This document shows, in pieces, positions 37,697 through 45,711 of a DNA stretch of 45,711 nucleotides. Position numbers and translations under genes: made by a program. Source of the stretch: an uncultured bacterium (GTDB taxonomy: Bacteria > Hydrogenedentota > Hydrogenedentia > Hydrogenedentales > JAEUWI01); NCBI GenBank assembly GCA_963977445.1, contig CAXBPH010000014.1, positions 1 through 45,711 of the forward strand, read 5' to 3'. Numbering within the stretch: the first letter of the stretch is position 1; each line of letters starts with the position of its first letter. The notes below the pieces were generated by a model. That model had not been told where the DNA came from, made no database searches, and worked only from the letters and a program-made list of their open reading frames with translations.

Positions 37697-39025
37697 CTAC
37701 GCTTTCCACACTTTTCCGCTGGTGTCACCCGCAGCCAGTTCGCCCAACGCGTTTCGGGTATCGACGATAAGCGGGGCATGTTCCAGAATCAGCTCGTAGT
37801 CAAAGGCACTATGGGCCGTCACAATCAACACACAATCCTTCTCTTTCAGGAATGCGGGTGTAAGGGGCTGACTCTTCAGGTCGGGGATATGGGGCCAACT
37901 TCTCATTTTTGGCAACACGGAAATATGGGGGTCGCTGTAGGAAACAATGGCCCCTTTTTCCATCAGACGTTCGATAAGTTCGAAAGCAGGGCTCTCCCGT
38001 GGGTCGTCGACATCTTTCTTGTAGGCCGCCCCCAGGATACATATATGACTTCCATGGACGGGCTTTTTCTGGCTGTTCAGTGCGTCCACAACCCGTGCAA
38101 CGACGTAGTTGGGCATGTCCCGGTTGATTTCACCCGCCAATTCTATAAACCGCGTGGAGAGATTGGCCCGCCGGGCTACCCAGCTGAGATAAAACGGGTC
38201 AATGGGGATACAATGACCACCCAGGCCCGGGCCGGGATAAAATGCCTGAAAACCGAAAGGTTTGGTCTTTGCGGCGTCAATAACTTCCCAAACGTCAATG
38301 CCTAGACGATCAAAAATGACCTTGAGTTCGTTGGCCATGGCAATGTTTACAGCACGGTAAGTGTTCTCTACAATCTTAGCCGCCTCGGCGACTTCACACG
38401 AAGAGACGGGGATAATACTTACGATTGCCTGGCTGTATAGGGCGACGGCCAACGCGGTCGAAGCTTCATCGAGACCACCAACTAATTTTGGGATGCCATC
38501 GGCCGTGTAATTGGGGTTGCCGGGATCTTCCCGCTCTGGGCTGTATGCCAAGAAGAAGTCCGTGCCCGCCCGAAGTCCGCTTTTCTCCAGAATGGGCAGC
38601 ATCACTTCTCGGGTTGTTCCCGGGTAGGTGGTGCTCTCCAGAACGACCAATTGCCCGGGCCGTAATCGCGCGGAAATTGCCTCACAGGTCGACTCGACAT
38701 AAGACAGGTCCGGTTCGCGACTTTCGCCTAGCGGAGTAGGCACACAGACCAGCAAGGCGTCAACTTCGGAAAGCCGGTCCATCTCTGCAGTGGCAGAAAA
38801 TTTGCCCGCAGCGGTCCATTCCTGGAGCCATGCGGAGGGAATGTGCTTTATATAGCTTTCCCCGGCATTGAGTAGCGCGACTTTCTTGATGTCGGTGTCA
38901 AAGCCGACCACGCGAAATCCGGCGTTTATATACGCACGAATCAGGGGGAGCCCCACGTAACCCAGCCCGATAACACCCACAGGCGCTTCTTGAGATTGAA
39001 TCCTGGAAAGCAACTGATCGTGCAT
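37697..39025 (-). CDS. NDP-sugar dehydrogenase (WbpA-like, probable UDP-GlcNAc 6-dehydrogenase)
   Basis: GLGYVGLPL, CVPTPL...EPDLS, ESTTYPGTT, SPEREDPGN, GPGLGGHCIPIDPFYL, YKKDVDDPRESP. Start taken at ATG 39025. Confidence 0.9.
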   Translation of the reverse strand: MHDQLLSRIQSQEAPVGVIGLGYVGLPLIRAYINAGFRVVGFDTDIKKVALLNAGESYIKHIPSAWLQEWTAAGKFSATAEMDRLSEVDALLVCVPTPLGESREPDLSYVESTCEAISARLRPGQLVVLESTTYPGTTREVMLPILEKSGLRAGTDFFLAYSPEREDPGNPNYTADGIPKLVGGLDEASTALAVALYSQAIVSIIPVSSCEVAEAAKIVENTYRAVNIAMANELKVIFDRLGIDVWEVIDAAKTKPFGFQAFYPGPGLGGHCIPIDPFYLSWVARRANLSTRFIELAGEINRDMPNYVVARVVDALNSQKKPVHGSHICILGAAYKKDVDDPRESPAFELIERLMEKGAIVSYSDPHISVLPKMRSWPHIPDLKSQPLTPAFLKEKDCVLIVTAHSAFDYELILEHAPLIVDTRNALGELAAGDTSGKVWKA

Positions 39026-39134
39026 AGTATTCCATTTCTCGTCAAAAGCCTGTTTTTTCATCCTGCTGACGATGGGTCGTTCAGCGGCCTGCTCAATGTT
39101 ATGTGCGCCAAGTCTGCCGGGGTCGACGAAAGGG

Positions 39135-40988
39135 CTAACGTGCTTTTCCCGGCTCCTCCAGGAGTTTGGCGGCACACGCGATAAACGCGCATAACAGCAT
39201 GGCACCCGCCATTGCGGTCAACACAAACTTACTGCGAGACGGGGCAACCTTAATGGGGTTGGCCTGTGCGTTATAGAGTATCGCGGTGCCTGTTCTGGTC
39301 GCATTCTCGGTAGAAACCTCAAGTAGTGCGACTTCCTCGGCTTTCGAGGCCAGTGCCGTGCGAACATTCAGGGTTTTCTCCGTTTCCCGCGTCAGAGAGT
39401 CGATGTTGAGTGTAAATTCTGAAATGCTTTTTTCCAGTGACTGGGCATCGGTCATCAATGTGTTCCGGAGCTCTTCGCGCATTGTCCGTTCTGCCTGGCT
39501 ACGCAAATTCTTGAGACGAAGTTCCTCGACGAGTTTGGACTCTTCCAGGTAGTCATCGCGCAGCAATGCGATAGCGTTTTTGGTGGCTTCCAGCGCTACT
39601 TCACGCCTATCGAGCTCTTCCGTGATGGTATCAATCTCGCTCTCGAGCTCTTCGGCGAGAGTCATGACCAACACTTCACTTTGCTCAAGCTGCTTTGCAC
39701 TCCCCCGCAACGTCTCGGATTTCGAGCTAAGTTCAACAATGGCTTCCCGTGTTGACTGGTAGAGGGGGTTCAGCACCTCCGTCTTCAAGGGAGTCAACCC
39801 TTTACCTTCCAGGCTACTTCCATTCAAGTGAAGGTCCCAAAGTGCGTCATCGGTAATCGCCTTGTTGAGCGTTATGGTCTCAGGAATGTCATCCAACTGC
39901 CCGGTCAGGGCACTGAGCGCCGTCTCCACCGAAGGGAGTTCATCATCCACCTTGGCCTTTTCCGCCAGAATGCGTTCCATATCTATCTGGCTGTGGGCAA
40001 ATCGCTTTTCCTTGCCCAGAAGGTTCTGGTCCCGCCGAAACATGCGGAGTGCTTCTGTCTGACGCACTTTCTGTTGGGAAAGGTCCAGCACCTTGAGGGC
40101 CTGCGCAGAGAGCCCCTCTTGGGAAAATGGATAGGGCTCATTCTTAAGCAAGGCGTCTTCCGCTACGGTGCCGATCCACTCATCGTTTACCTTCTGTTCG
40201 AGAATGCGCTTTTCCCCTTCTTCAATCGCGACCTTATTCACCGCCGATTCGATTTCGATATCGAAAATGGCTCCTTCGAGTTCCGTGATTTTTTCTGTCA
40301 GCGTTTTTAGGCGGGCTTGTTTCAAGGCAAGACTGGCTTCGAGCTCTACACTGGCAAGCGTTTTTTCCAGTTTGACCAGAGAATCGTTCGAATTGGTGTA
40401 CATATCTCCGATAAAGGTACCAAGAGCCTTCACGCCGTTGCTGTAGATTTCGCTGCTCTTTGCTTCCACCAGCGCGGCCCACTCGTTGGCAACAACTTCC
40501 GCCTGCTCTGGAGACTCAGCCTGGGCCGTAAGCACGATAATCGGCAGGAGCTCAATGGAACTCCCGGACGTGCGGGACTGTTGTTTTTTCAATTCTGTCC
40601 GAAGATTTCGCTGAAAGCCTCTAAAAAGGGTCTGCTTGCCACCCTCTTCTGGCATTTCCAATTGACCTTTTTCAAGGAGTTTCTCAAACAGGGACCAAGT
40701 GATTTCGGTCGACTCTGTGAGGGTTTGGAGCGTTTCAACGGAGAGCGTGGGGGAGTCGGTCGTCTGGGTCTCCCCAATTGCGGGATCGATTGCCCGTTGT
40801 GGCTCACGAATTATCAGTGCTGCGGACGATTCGTAAATGTTCGGGCGGGTCAGACTATAGGCGGCGCTCAATACGCCGGCAAGGAATGTGACGCCAAGGA
40901 TGACCCACTTCCAGCGGTACAGCTCTCTGAGAATCTCACCAAGATCCAATTCACCGTTGTTGCCCTGTCCATCACGTGCACTTGTCAT
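39135..40988 (-). CDS. Wzz/GumC-like polysaccharide co-polymerase with a long coiled coil and no kinase domain
   Basis: ELDLGEILRELYRWKWVIL TM1, YESSA, about 500-aa coiled-coil region, P.KVAPSR plus TM2. RBS GGAG before ATG 40988. Confidence 0.85.
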   Translation of the reverse strand: MTSARDGQGNNGELDLGEILRELYRWKWVILGVTFLAGVLSAAYSLTRPNIYESSAALIIREPQRAIDPAIGETQTTDSPTLSVETLQTLTESTEITWSLFEKLLEKGQLEMPEEGGKQTLFRGFQRNLRTELKKQQSRTSGSSIELLPIIVLTAQAESPEQAEVVANEWAALVEAKSSEIYSNGVKALGTFIGDMYTNSNDSLVKLEKTLASVELEASLALKQARLKTLTEKITELEGAIFDIEIESAVNKVAIEEGEKRILEQKVNDEWIGTVAEDALLKNEPYPFSQEGLSAQALKVLDLSQQKVRQTEALRMFRRDQNLLGKEKRFAHSQIDMERILAEKAKVDDELPSVETALSALTGQLDDIPETITLNKAITDDALWDLHLNGSSLEGKGLTPLKTEVLNPLYQSTREAIVELSSKSETLRGSAKQLEQSEVLVMTLAEELESEIDTITEELDRREVALEATKNAIALLRDDYLEESKLVEELRLKNLRSQAERTMREELRNTLMTDAQSLEKSISEFTLNIDSLTRETEKTLNVRTALASKAEEVALLEVSTENATRTGTAILYNAQANPIKVAPSRSKFVLTAMAGAMLLCAFIACAAKLLEEPGKAR

Positions 40989-41145
40989 TAAACGCTCCAA
41001 ATATATAGGCGAATAGCGGGGAACAAGCCGGTACAATCGGCTTGTGATCCCCTGTCTTCGGGTAGTACTTCACACCTGAGGTGCCTGAGAAATACAGCAG
41101 GTGGGGCGCACACGGCACCCCTCCAAATAAGGCTATTTATCAGGT

Positions 41146-41160
41146 CGTGATTCTATCACG
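41146..41160 (-). promoter_or_regulatory. Extended -10 promoter of the glycan operon embedded in a palindrome
   Basis: CGTGAT-TCT-ATCACG; the minus strand reads TGaTAGAAT. Confidence 0.5.
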
Positions 41161-41195
41161 CCCGCTTCAGGCACTTCCAAGTCAAGCATTTGCCA

Positions 41196-41225
41196 TTGAT
41201 CAGACTCCTGCGTTGAGGCTATAAT
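41196..41225 (+). promoter_or_regulatory. Putative sigma70 promoter for wecA-eda
   Basis: TTGATC-18 nt-TATAAT. Confidence 0.55.
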
Positions 41226-41297
41226 TATTGACACGTAGAAGTGTATAAATGAACGGTCCTGCATGCCCGAAATATATGTCGGCGGAAAGGTGCACTG

Positions 41298-42890
41298 TTG
41301 ACCCTGGTACAGTTATTAACCTTAGTTGCCAGCCTGTTTTTGGGCAACTTGATAGTCTCCCTCCTCTTGGTGCCCCTCGTCATGCGCTTTGCCCGACGGG
41401 TCGGCGCGGTCGATCGTGGTGGCTATCGCAAGGTCTTTGAGGGGGCCATGCCCCTCTTGGGGGGGCTCGGTGTTGCCCTTCCCCTGCTCGTTATTGGCGT
41501 GTTTACCAGCATTGCGGGCCACTATATTGTCCTGAATTTTGCGTATTTCCATACCGAATATCCCGGGTATTTCAGCACACTCATGACCATCGCCCAGTTT
41601 CGTTCCGACGGAATCGTCTTAATTCTGGGTTCCCTGGCCATTCTCGCCCTGGGTCTGGTGGACGATACCCGGGGGATGCGGGCCCGCTGGAAGCTCCTGG
41701 GGCAGGTCGTTGTCGCCTCCTTTGTCTGCGTTTCGGGCCACGGTCTCACCGATGTGGATATCCCCCTCGTCGGCACCCTCAATCTGGGCGTCTTTTTCGG
41801 CGGCATGCTGACCGTCCTCTGGATTGTGGGCATGATCAACGCCTTCAACCTTATCGATGGGGTCGATGGACTCGCTTCGGGCATCGCCCTGGTCGGGGTA
41901 CTTGCCCTGGTCATATTGAGCATTATTCAGGGCAACCTTTTTGTGACCTTTGTTGGCGCGGCCCTCGCCGGCACCCTTCTGGGCTTTCTCTGCTTTAATT
42001 TCCCCCCGGCACGTATCTTCCTCGGGGACACGGGCAGCATGTTTATCGGCTATTTTCTCGCTACCATGTCGCTCATGGGGTCGCCGAAATACGAAACTGC
42101 CGTGATTCTGCTCACCCCCATGCTCGCCCTGAGCTTTCCCATTTTTGAGACCTTTATTTCCATTATTCGGCGCTACCTCCGGGGTGTACCGATATTCGCG
42201 GGCGATAATCACCACACCCACCACCGCCTCCTGGGTAAGGGCTATTCCCAGCCTCAGGTCGTATTGACCCTCTATGGAGTGGCCCTGAGTCTCGCGACAG
42301 CGGCCGTTCTTTCGGCGCTGATTCCCCTCAACTCCCCCTGGAGTGGTATTCCCTACGCCCTCTATGCCGGTACCCTTGTTTATATCGCGTGGTTGGCGGG
42401 CTATCTGCGCCCCACCACATTTCGTGCCCTTTTTGAACGACGACAGAAAAACCGCCTCTTTCACGCGCTGGCCAATTACGCCAAGCAATGCCTCGACAGC
42501 CATGCACGCAGCGTAGAGCGCCGTTTACTCCTCGAGCTGTGTCGCCATGAACTGGGCCTGCGCTACATCGATGTGGTACTGGAAGGGGGCATCAATCTTA
42601 TGGCGTCGGAGGGGGGAATTCGCCCGGCAGAGCTGGCGGCAAATTCCGAAAAGCTCCGTGTGAAGTCTACGGATGAGCAAGACGTGTTTGTATACTACGC
42701 CTTCATCGAAGAGCCCTCCGACAACCATCGTGCGGACGTCATTGCCTGTCTCGCGGGGATTTTCGATCAGACCGTGATTGACCACCGTGCCAACCGGGCA
42801 GCCCTCGGGCTTGGCGAAGCCGAGCGGGTCCATGGCGGAAGCCACGGTGGAGAAATTCTCCCCAACACCGAGCCCCACTCCTCCTCCTGA
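41298..42890 (+). CDS. wecA: Undecaprenyl-phosphate GlcNAc-1-phosphate transferase (WecA/TagO/MraY family) with C-terminal extension
   Basis: PLLGG, GLVDD, NAFNLIDGVDGLA, FLGDTGS, HTHHRL. Confidence 0.9.
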   Translation: MTLVQLLTLVASLFLGNLIVSLLLVPLVMRFARRVGAVDRGGYRKVFEGAMPLLGGLGVALPLLVIGVFTSIAGHYIVLNFAYFHTEYPGYFSTLMTIAQFRSDGIVLILGSLAILALGLVDDTRGMRARWKLLGQVVVASFVCVSGHGLTDVDIPLVGTLNLGVFFGGMLTVLWIVGMINAFNLIDGVDGLASGIALVGVLALVILSIIQGNLFVTFVGAALAGTLLGFLCFNFPPARIFLGDTGSMFIGYFLATMSLMGSPKYETAVILLTPMLALSFPIFETFISIIRRYLRGVPIFAGDNHHTHHRLLGKGYSQPQVVLTLYGVALSLATAAVLSALIPLNSPWSGIPYALYAGTLVYIAWLAGYLRPTTFRALFERRQKNRLFHALANYAKQCLDSHARSVERRLLLELCRHELGLRYIDVVLEGGINLMASEGGIRPAELAANSEKLRVKSTDEQDVFVYYAFIEEPSDNHRADVIACLAGIFDQTVIDHRANRAALGLGEAERVHGGSHGGEILPNTEPHSSS

Positions 42891-42947
42891 AGCGCTTGCC
42901 CCTCTTCGGTGATGCCTTCTGTCCCTGCCACTACGCGGAGAACCAAT

Positions 42948-43598
42948 ATGTCTGAAACAAGCGTACTCGACCGCATCACGCCCTACGGTGTGGTTCCTGT
43001 AATCGCCATCGAGACCCTGGAGGCTGCCCTGCCCCTGGCCGATGCCCTGCTTGAAGGGGGATTGCCCATTGCGGAAATTACCTTTCGCACCAAAGTGGCC
43101 CCCGAGGTGATTGCCTTACTCCACGAGAAACGTCCGGAACTGATTCTGGGTGCCGGCACGGTGCTGACCCTGGAGAATCTGGAAGCTGCCGCCGCGTGCG
43201 GTGCCCAATTTGCCCTGGCACCCGGGACCAATCCCCAAATCGTCACCCGGGCGGCCGCGCTGAACCTGCCCTTCATCCCCGGTGTCGCCACACCTTCCGA
43301 CATCGAAGGGGCCATGGCACTGGGATGTACCGTATTGAAGTTTTTCCCCGCCGGAGCCCTGGGTGGGCCCGCCATGTTGAGTGCGCTCTCCGGCCCCTAC
43401 GCCCACACCGGTGTTCGCTTTGTGCCCACCGGTGGCGTCAGCCTGGAGAATCTCGACACCTACCTGTCACTCGCGGTCGTCGCGGCGGCGGGTGGTACCT
43501 GGATTGCCCGCAAGGAAGATTTGGCGAATGGTGATTGGACCGGAATTACCCAGCGCTGCCGTGCCGTTGGGGAATTGGTGAAGAAAATCAGAGGCTGA
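42948..43598 (+). CDS. eda: KDPG/KHG aldolase
   Basis: EITFRT, GAGTV, PGVATPSD, LKFFPA, PTGGV. GGAG RBS before ATG 42948. Confidence 0.95.
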   Translation: MSETSVLDRITPYGVVPVIAIETLEAALPLADALLEGGLPIAEITFRTKVAPEVIALLHEKRPELILGAGTVLTLENLEAAAACGAQFALAPGTNPQIVTRAAALNLPFIPGVATPSDIEGAMALGCTVLKFFPAGALGGPAMLSALSGPYAHTGVRFVPTGGVSLENLDTYLSLAVVAAAGGTWIARKEDLANGDWTGITQRCRAVGELVKKIRG

Positions 43599-43626
43599 TT
43601 GCAGCACACGGCTTGTTAACGCCCCC

Positions 43627-43675
43627 AAAAAAAATCAGGCACAACGGCCTAACTGTAGCCGTTGTGCCTGTTTCT
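43627..43675. terminator. Bidirectional intrinsic terminator between eda and the lyase gene
   Basis: A8 run, perfect 13-bp stem CAGGCACAACGGC/GCCGTTGTGCCTG, then TTTCT. Confidence 0.85.
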
Positions 43676-43679
43676 ACTT

Positions 43680-45711
43680 TTACCGATTGGCGGTCTTCCA
43701 CTGCTGTTGCCATCTCGGGAAGTCCCGGTCCAACAACTTTTTCGCCCAGACACCATACCACGCATACCCAGTCCGCCGTTCGAGGTCTACCTCCGCAAGG
43801 CTATCCACCTGGGTGCCATCGCGCCGGCAAAACAGTGGCCGCTGATCGTTGATGCCATAGAAGCGTGCCCAGAGTGTCGGTGCCGTTGGGTCTTCCACCA
43901 CGATGCGGTCGGCCGTGGCCGTGTGGTTTTCGAAGCGCACGGGGGTGATGGCCACGCTATCGAGGCGGAGCCCGGAGACTTCGACTTCCTTGAGCCACGC
44001 CACACCCGCATTGATCGCTTCCGTGACCTGCGCGTCGGGGTTGGGCAGGGACATCAGAAAATGCAATACGTCGGTGCTCTCCCGGGAGGCGATGGAAGCG
44101 AGCTCGTATTTTCTGGCATCTACCGGCGCAAACGTCTCGTGGTCATGCTGCTGGCACCAGGCCGTCTTTTTGCCGTCCACAACGATTTGGCAGGCCAGGG
44201 TGCATTCGATGCCTTTCTGAAGGGCATCGCTACTGGCCGTCCGTCGTGATTCATCCAGCCAGGAAAAATGATTGGTGCCTTGCTGAATATCCAGTAGCAG
44301 TTCCATCACGCCCGTCATGACATCGTCGTTGAAGGTGATAGCGTCTACATCCGCACCGCGCCAGCCACCCGTAGGTCGTTGCTCCTGCAAGATGAAATCA
44401 AGGCCCTTCTCTGCGCCTTCCCGGAATCGTGGAGCCTTACACTGGTCGTAGACTTTGGCGAGGTAGTCAACCTGCGAGTAGGTGCTGTGGTTGTCCAGCG
44501 TACTGCGCAGCAGGGAATCGCCCCGGAGTTCCCGGACGGTCGCTTCATCGATATCGGCCAGCCAATCGAGATCTTTGGGCCAGCCTCCGTCTTTATTCTG
44601 ATAGCGGAGGATGTTATCTCCGATTTCGACGATTTGTGTCGGCGCGAAGCGACGGTCCTTGCGGTCGCGACCATATTTCTTTGCCCAGTGGGAGATGCTG
44701 TCTTGAAACTTGGAAGCATTGATCGCCTTGTAGCTGGTCGTCGTGTTCTCCACCGGTATGGAAACGGTCGTTTGATAGTTGGAATAGTTATACAGGGGAT
44801 TCTTCTCGGTGACAAAAGGCACGGATGGGAGGGGGCTGTCGGCTTGGGTATAGACCCACATTTCCAGCGGATCCCAGACCACAATTTCTTCTCGGCCGTC
44901 ACCTGTGATATCGAGGACCGCATTACACATGTCCGGGTGGCCGTCTGCAGGAAACTTCAGCACCCGACGGCCCCAGCCATCGAAAAGACCGCCATCGTCC
45001 ACATTGGCGGATAATATCCAGAATTCGCCGGGCTGGCCGGTCCAATTGATGGGCAGGCACATGCTGCCGTGCTGTGCCGGTTCAAACTCGTGAATGATAT
45101 CGCCCGTAGCGTCGTAGTAGTGGACGATGCCCTGGTTGCCCCAGAAATTGATTGAGATGGATTCCAGGCCCGGTAAATCAGGACGGAAATCAGCCACCGC
45201 CGGATTTTGTACGTGACCCAGGAAATGATGCTTCAGGATTTTTCCATCCATGTCGGCGAAGAACATGCCCTCATCGCTGGAGGCACTCAGCAGCATGGGG
45301 GGCTTGCCCGCCTCGAAGGGAACAATGGCCACCCCGTCCGCATGGTCTTCAATGGTGTCTTCATTGGTAAACAAGACCGTGCCGTCGTCATCAAACAGGG
45401 TATAGCCTGCCATGAGTTCGTCTTTGCCGTCGCCGTCCACATCATAGGCATAGGGATAATGGCCGGTGTTGCACTGGGCCTGCCAGAGAATTTCGAGTTT
45501 GTTGTTCAGGGCCCACAGGCTTTGATAACGATCTTTGATGATGATATCCGAGTCCCATCCTTTGCCCTGAAGGTCGCAGAAATAGAGACTGTCGCCCAGA
45601 ATGCGGGGAAAGGTGTCATAGGGCGGCTCGGTGTTTGGCGGCATGGCCGGCGTCGGTGCCGAAAACAGGGTTTCGCCCGTTGCGCCATCGGCCACGAAAA
45701 TAGTCATGTCT
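43680..45711 (-). CDS. 5'-truncated fusion: rhamnogalacturonan-lyase(PL11)-like propeller plus PL10 (PelA) pectate lyase
   Basis: GHYPYAYDVDGDGKDEL..G...DHAD, then GGWPK, TLDN..T, ITFNDDVM, WCQQHD..P..AR.YE, LWARFY, ERRTGYAWY. The ORF runs off the window. Confidence 0.85.
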   Translation of the reverse strand, partial: DMTIFVADGATGETLFSAPTPAMPPNTEPPYDTFPRILGDSLYFCDLQGKGWDSDIIIKDRYQSLWALNNKLEILWQAQCNTGHYPYAYDVDGDGKDELMAGYTLFDDDGTVLFTNEDTIEDHADGVAIVPFEAGKPPMLLSASSDEGMFFADMDGKILKHHFLGHVQNPAVADFRPDLPGLESISINFWGNQGIVHYYDATGDIIHEFEPAQHGSMCLPINWTGQPGEFWILSANVDDGGLFDGWGRRVLKFPADGHPDMCNAVLDITGDGREEIVVWDPLEMWVYTQADSPLPSVPFVTEKNPLYNYSNYQTTVSIPVENTTTSYKAINASKFQDSISHWAKKYGRDRKDRRFAPTQIVEIGDNILRYQNKDGGWPKDLDWLADIDEATVRELRGDSLLRSTLDNHSTYSQVDYLAKVYDQCKAPRFREGAEKGLDFILQEQRPTGGWRGADVDAITFNDDVMTGVMELLLDIQQGTNHFSWLDESRRTASSDALQKGIECTLACQIVVDGKKTAWCQQHDHETFAPVDARKYELASIASRESTDVLHFLMSLPNPDAQVTEAINAGVAWLKEVEVSGLRLDSVAITPVRFENHTATADRIVVEDPTAPTLWARFYGINDQRPLFCRRDGTQVDSLAEVDLERRTGYAWYGVWAKKLLDRDFPRWQQQWKTANR

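Noticed and set aside
37468..37779. 103-aa ORF whose stop overlaps the lipoprotein ATG
   Set aside because: Atypical composition, overlap with the dehydrogenase end and no RBS; the region looks like promoter DNA.
41228..41250. TTGACA...TATAAA as a promoter
   Set aside because: The spacer is only 10 nt.

Overview
GC-rich bacterial window (roughly 55-60% GC by eye). The gene style is suggestive of Ca. Hydrogenedentota or a PVC-like lineage, but this is inference only. Left part: a secreted tandem-domain GDPD; a compact minus-strand operon encoding a TetR-Rnk fusion plus a stand-alone Rnk (near-consensus sigma70 promoter, two operator-like palindromes, terminator); a secreted FG-GAP/VCBS protein; tRNA-Ser(CGA); an AlgI/AlgJ-like O-acetylation pair; a LamG/glycoside-hydrolase-like protein; a YhiN/HI0933 flavoprotein; and a 2973-aa secreted TPR protein. 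Middle/right (about 22.5-42.9 kb): a Wzy-type surface-glycan locus with an O-antigen-ligase/TPR fusion, wecC, wecB, GT4s, a heparinase II/III-like gene, Wzy, a lipoprotein, a second NDP-sugar dehydrogenase, a kinase-less Wzz-like protein and a divergent wecA. Its variable core is decaying: one GT is internally deleted and the flippase survives only as a 3' remnant. Right end: eda and a 5'-truncated PL11-like/PL10 lyase fusion. No mobile element, CRISPR array or rRNA was seen. The best candidate for a novel system is the apparently autoregulated TetR-Rnk + Rnk operon.
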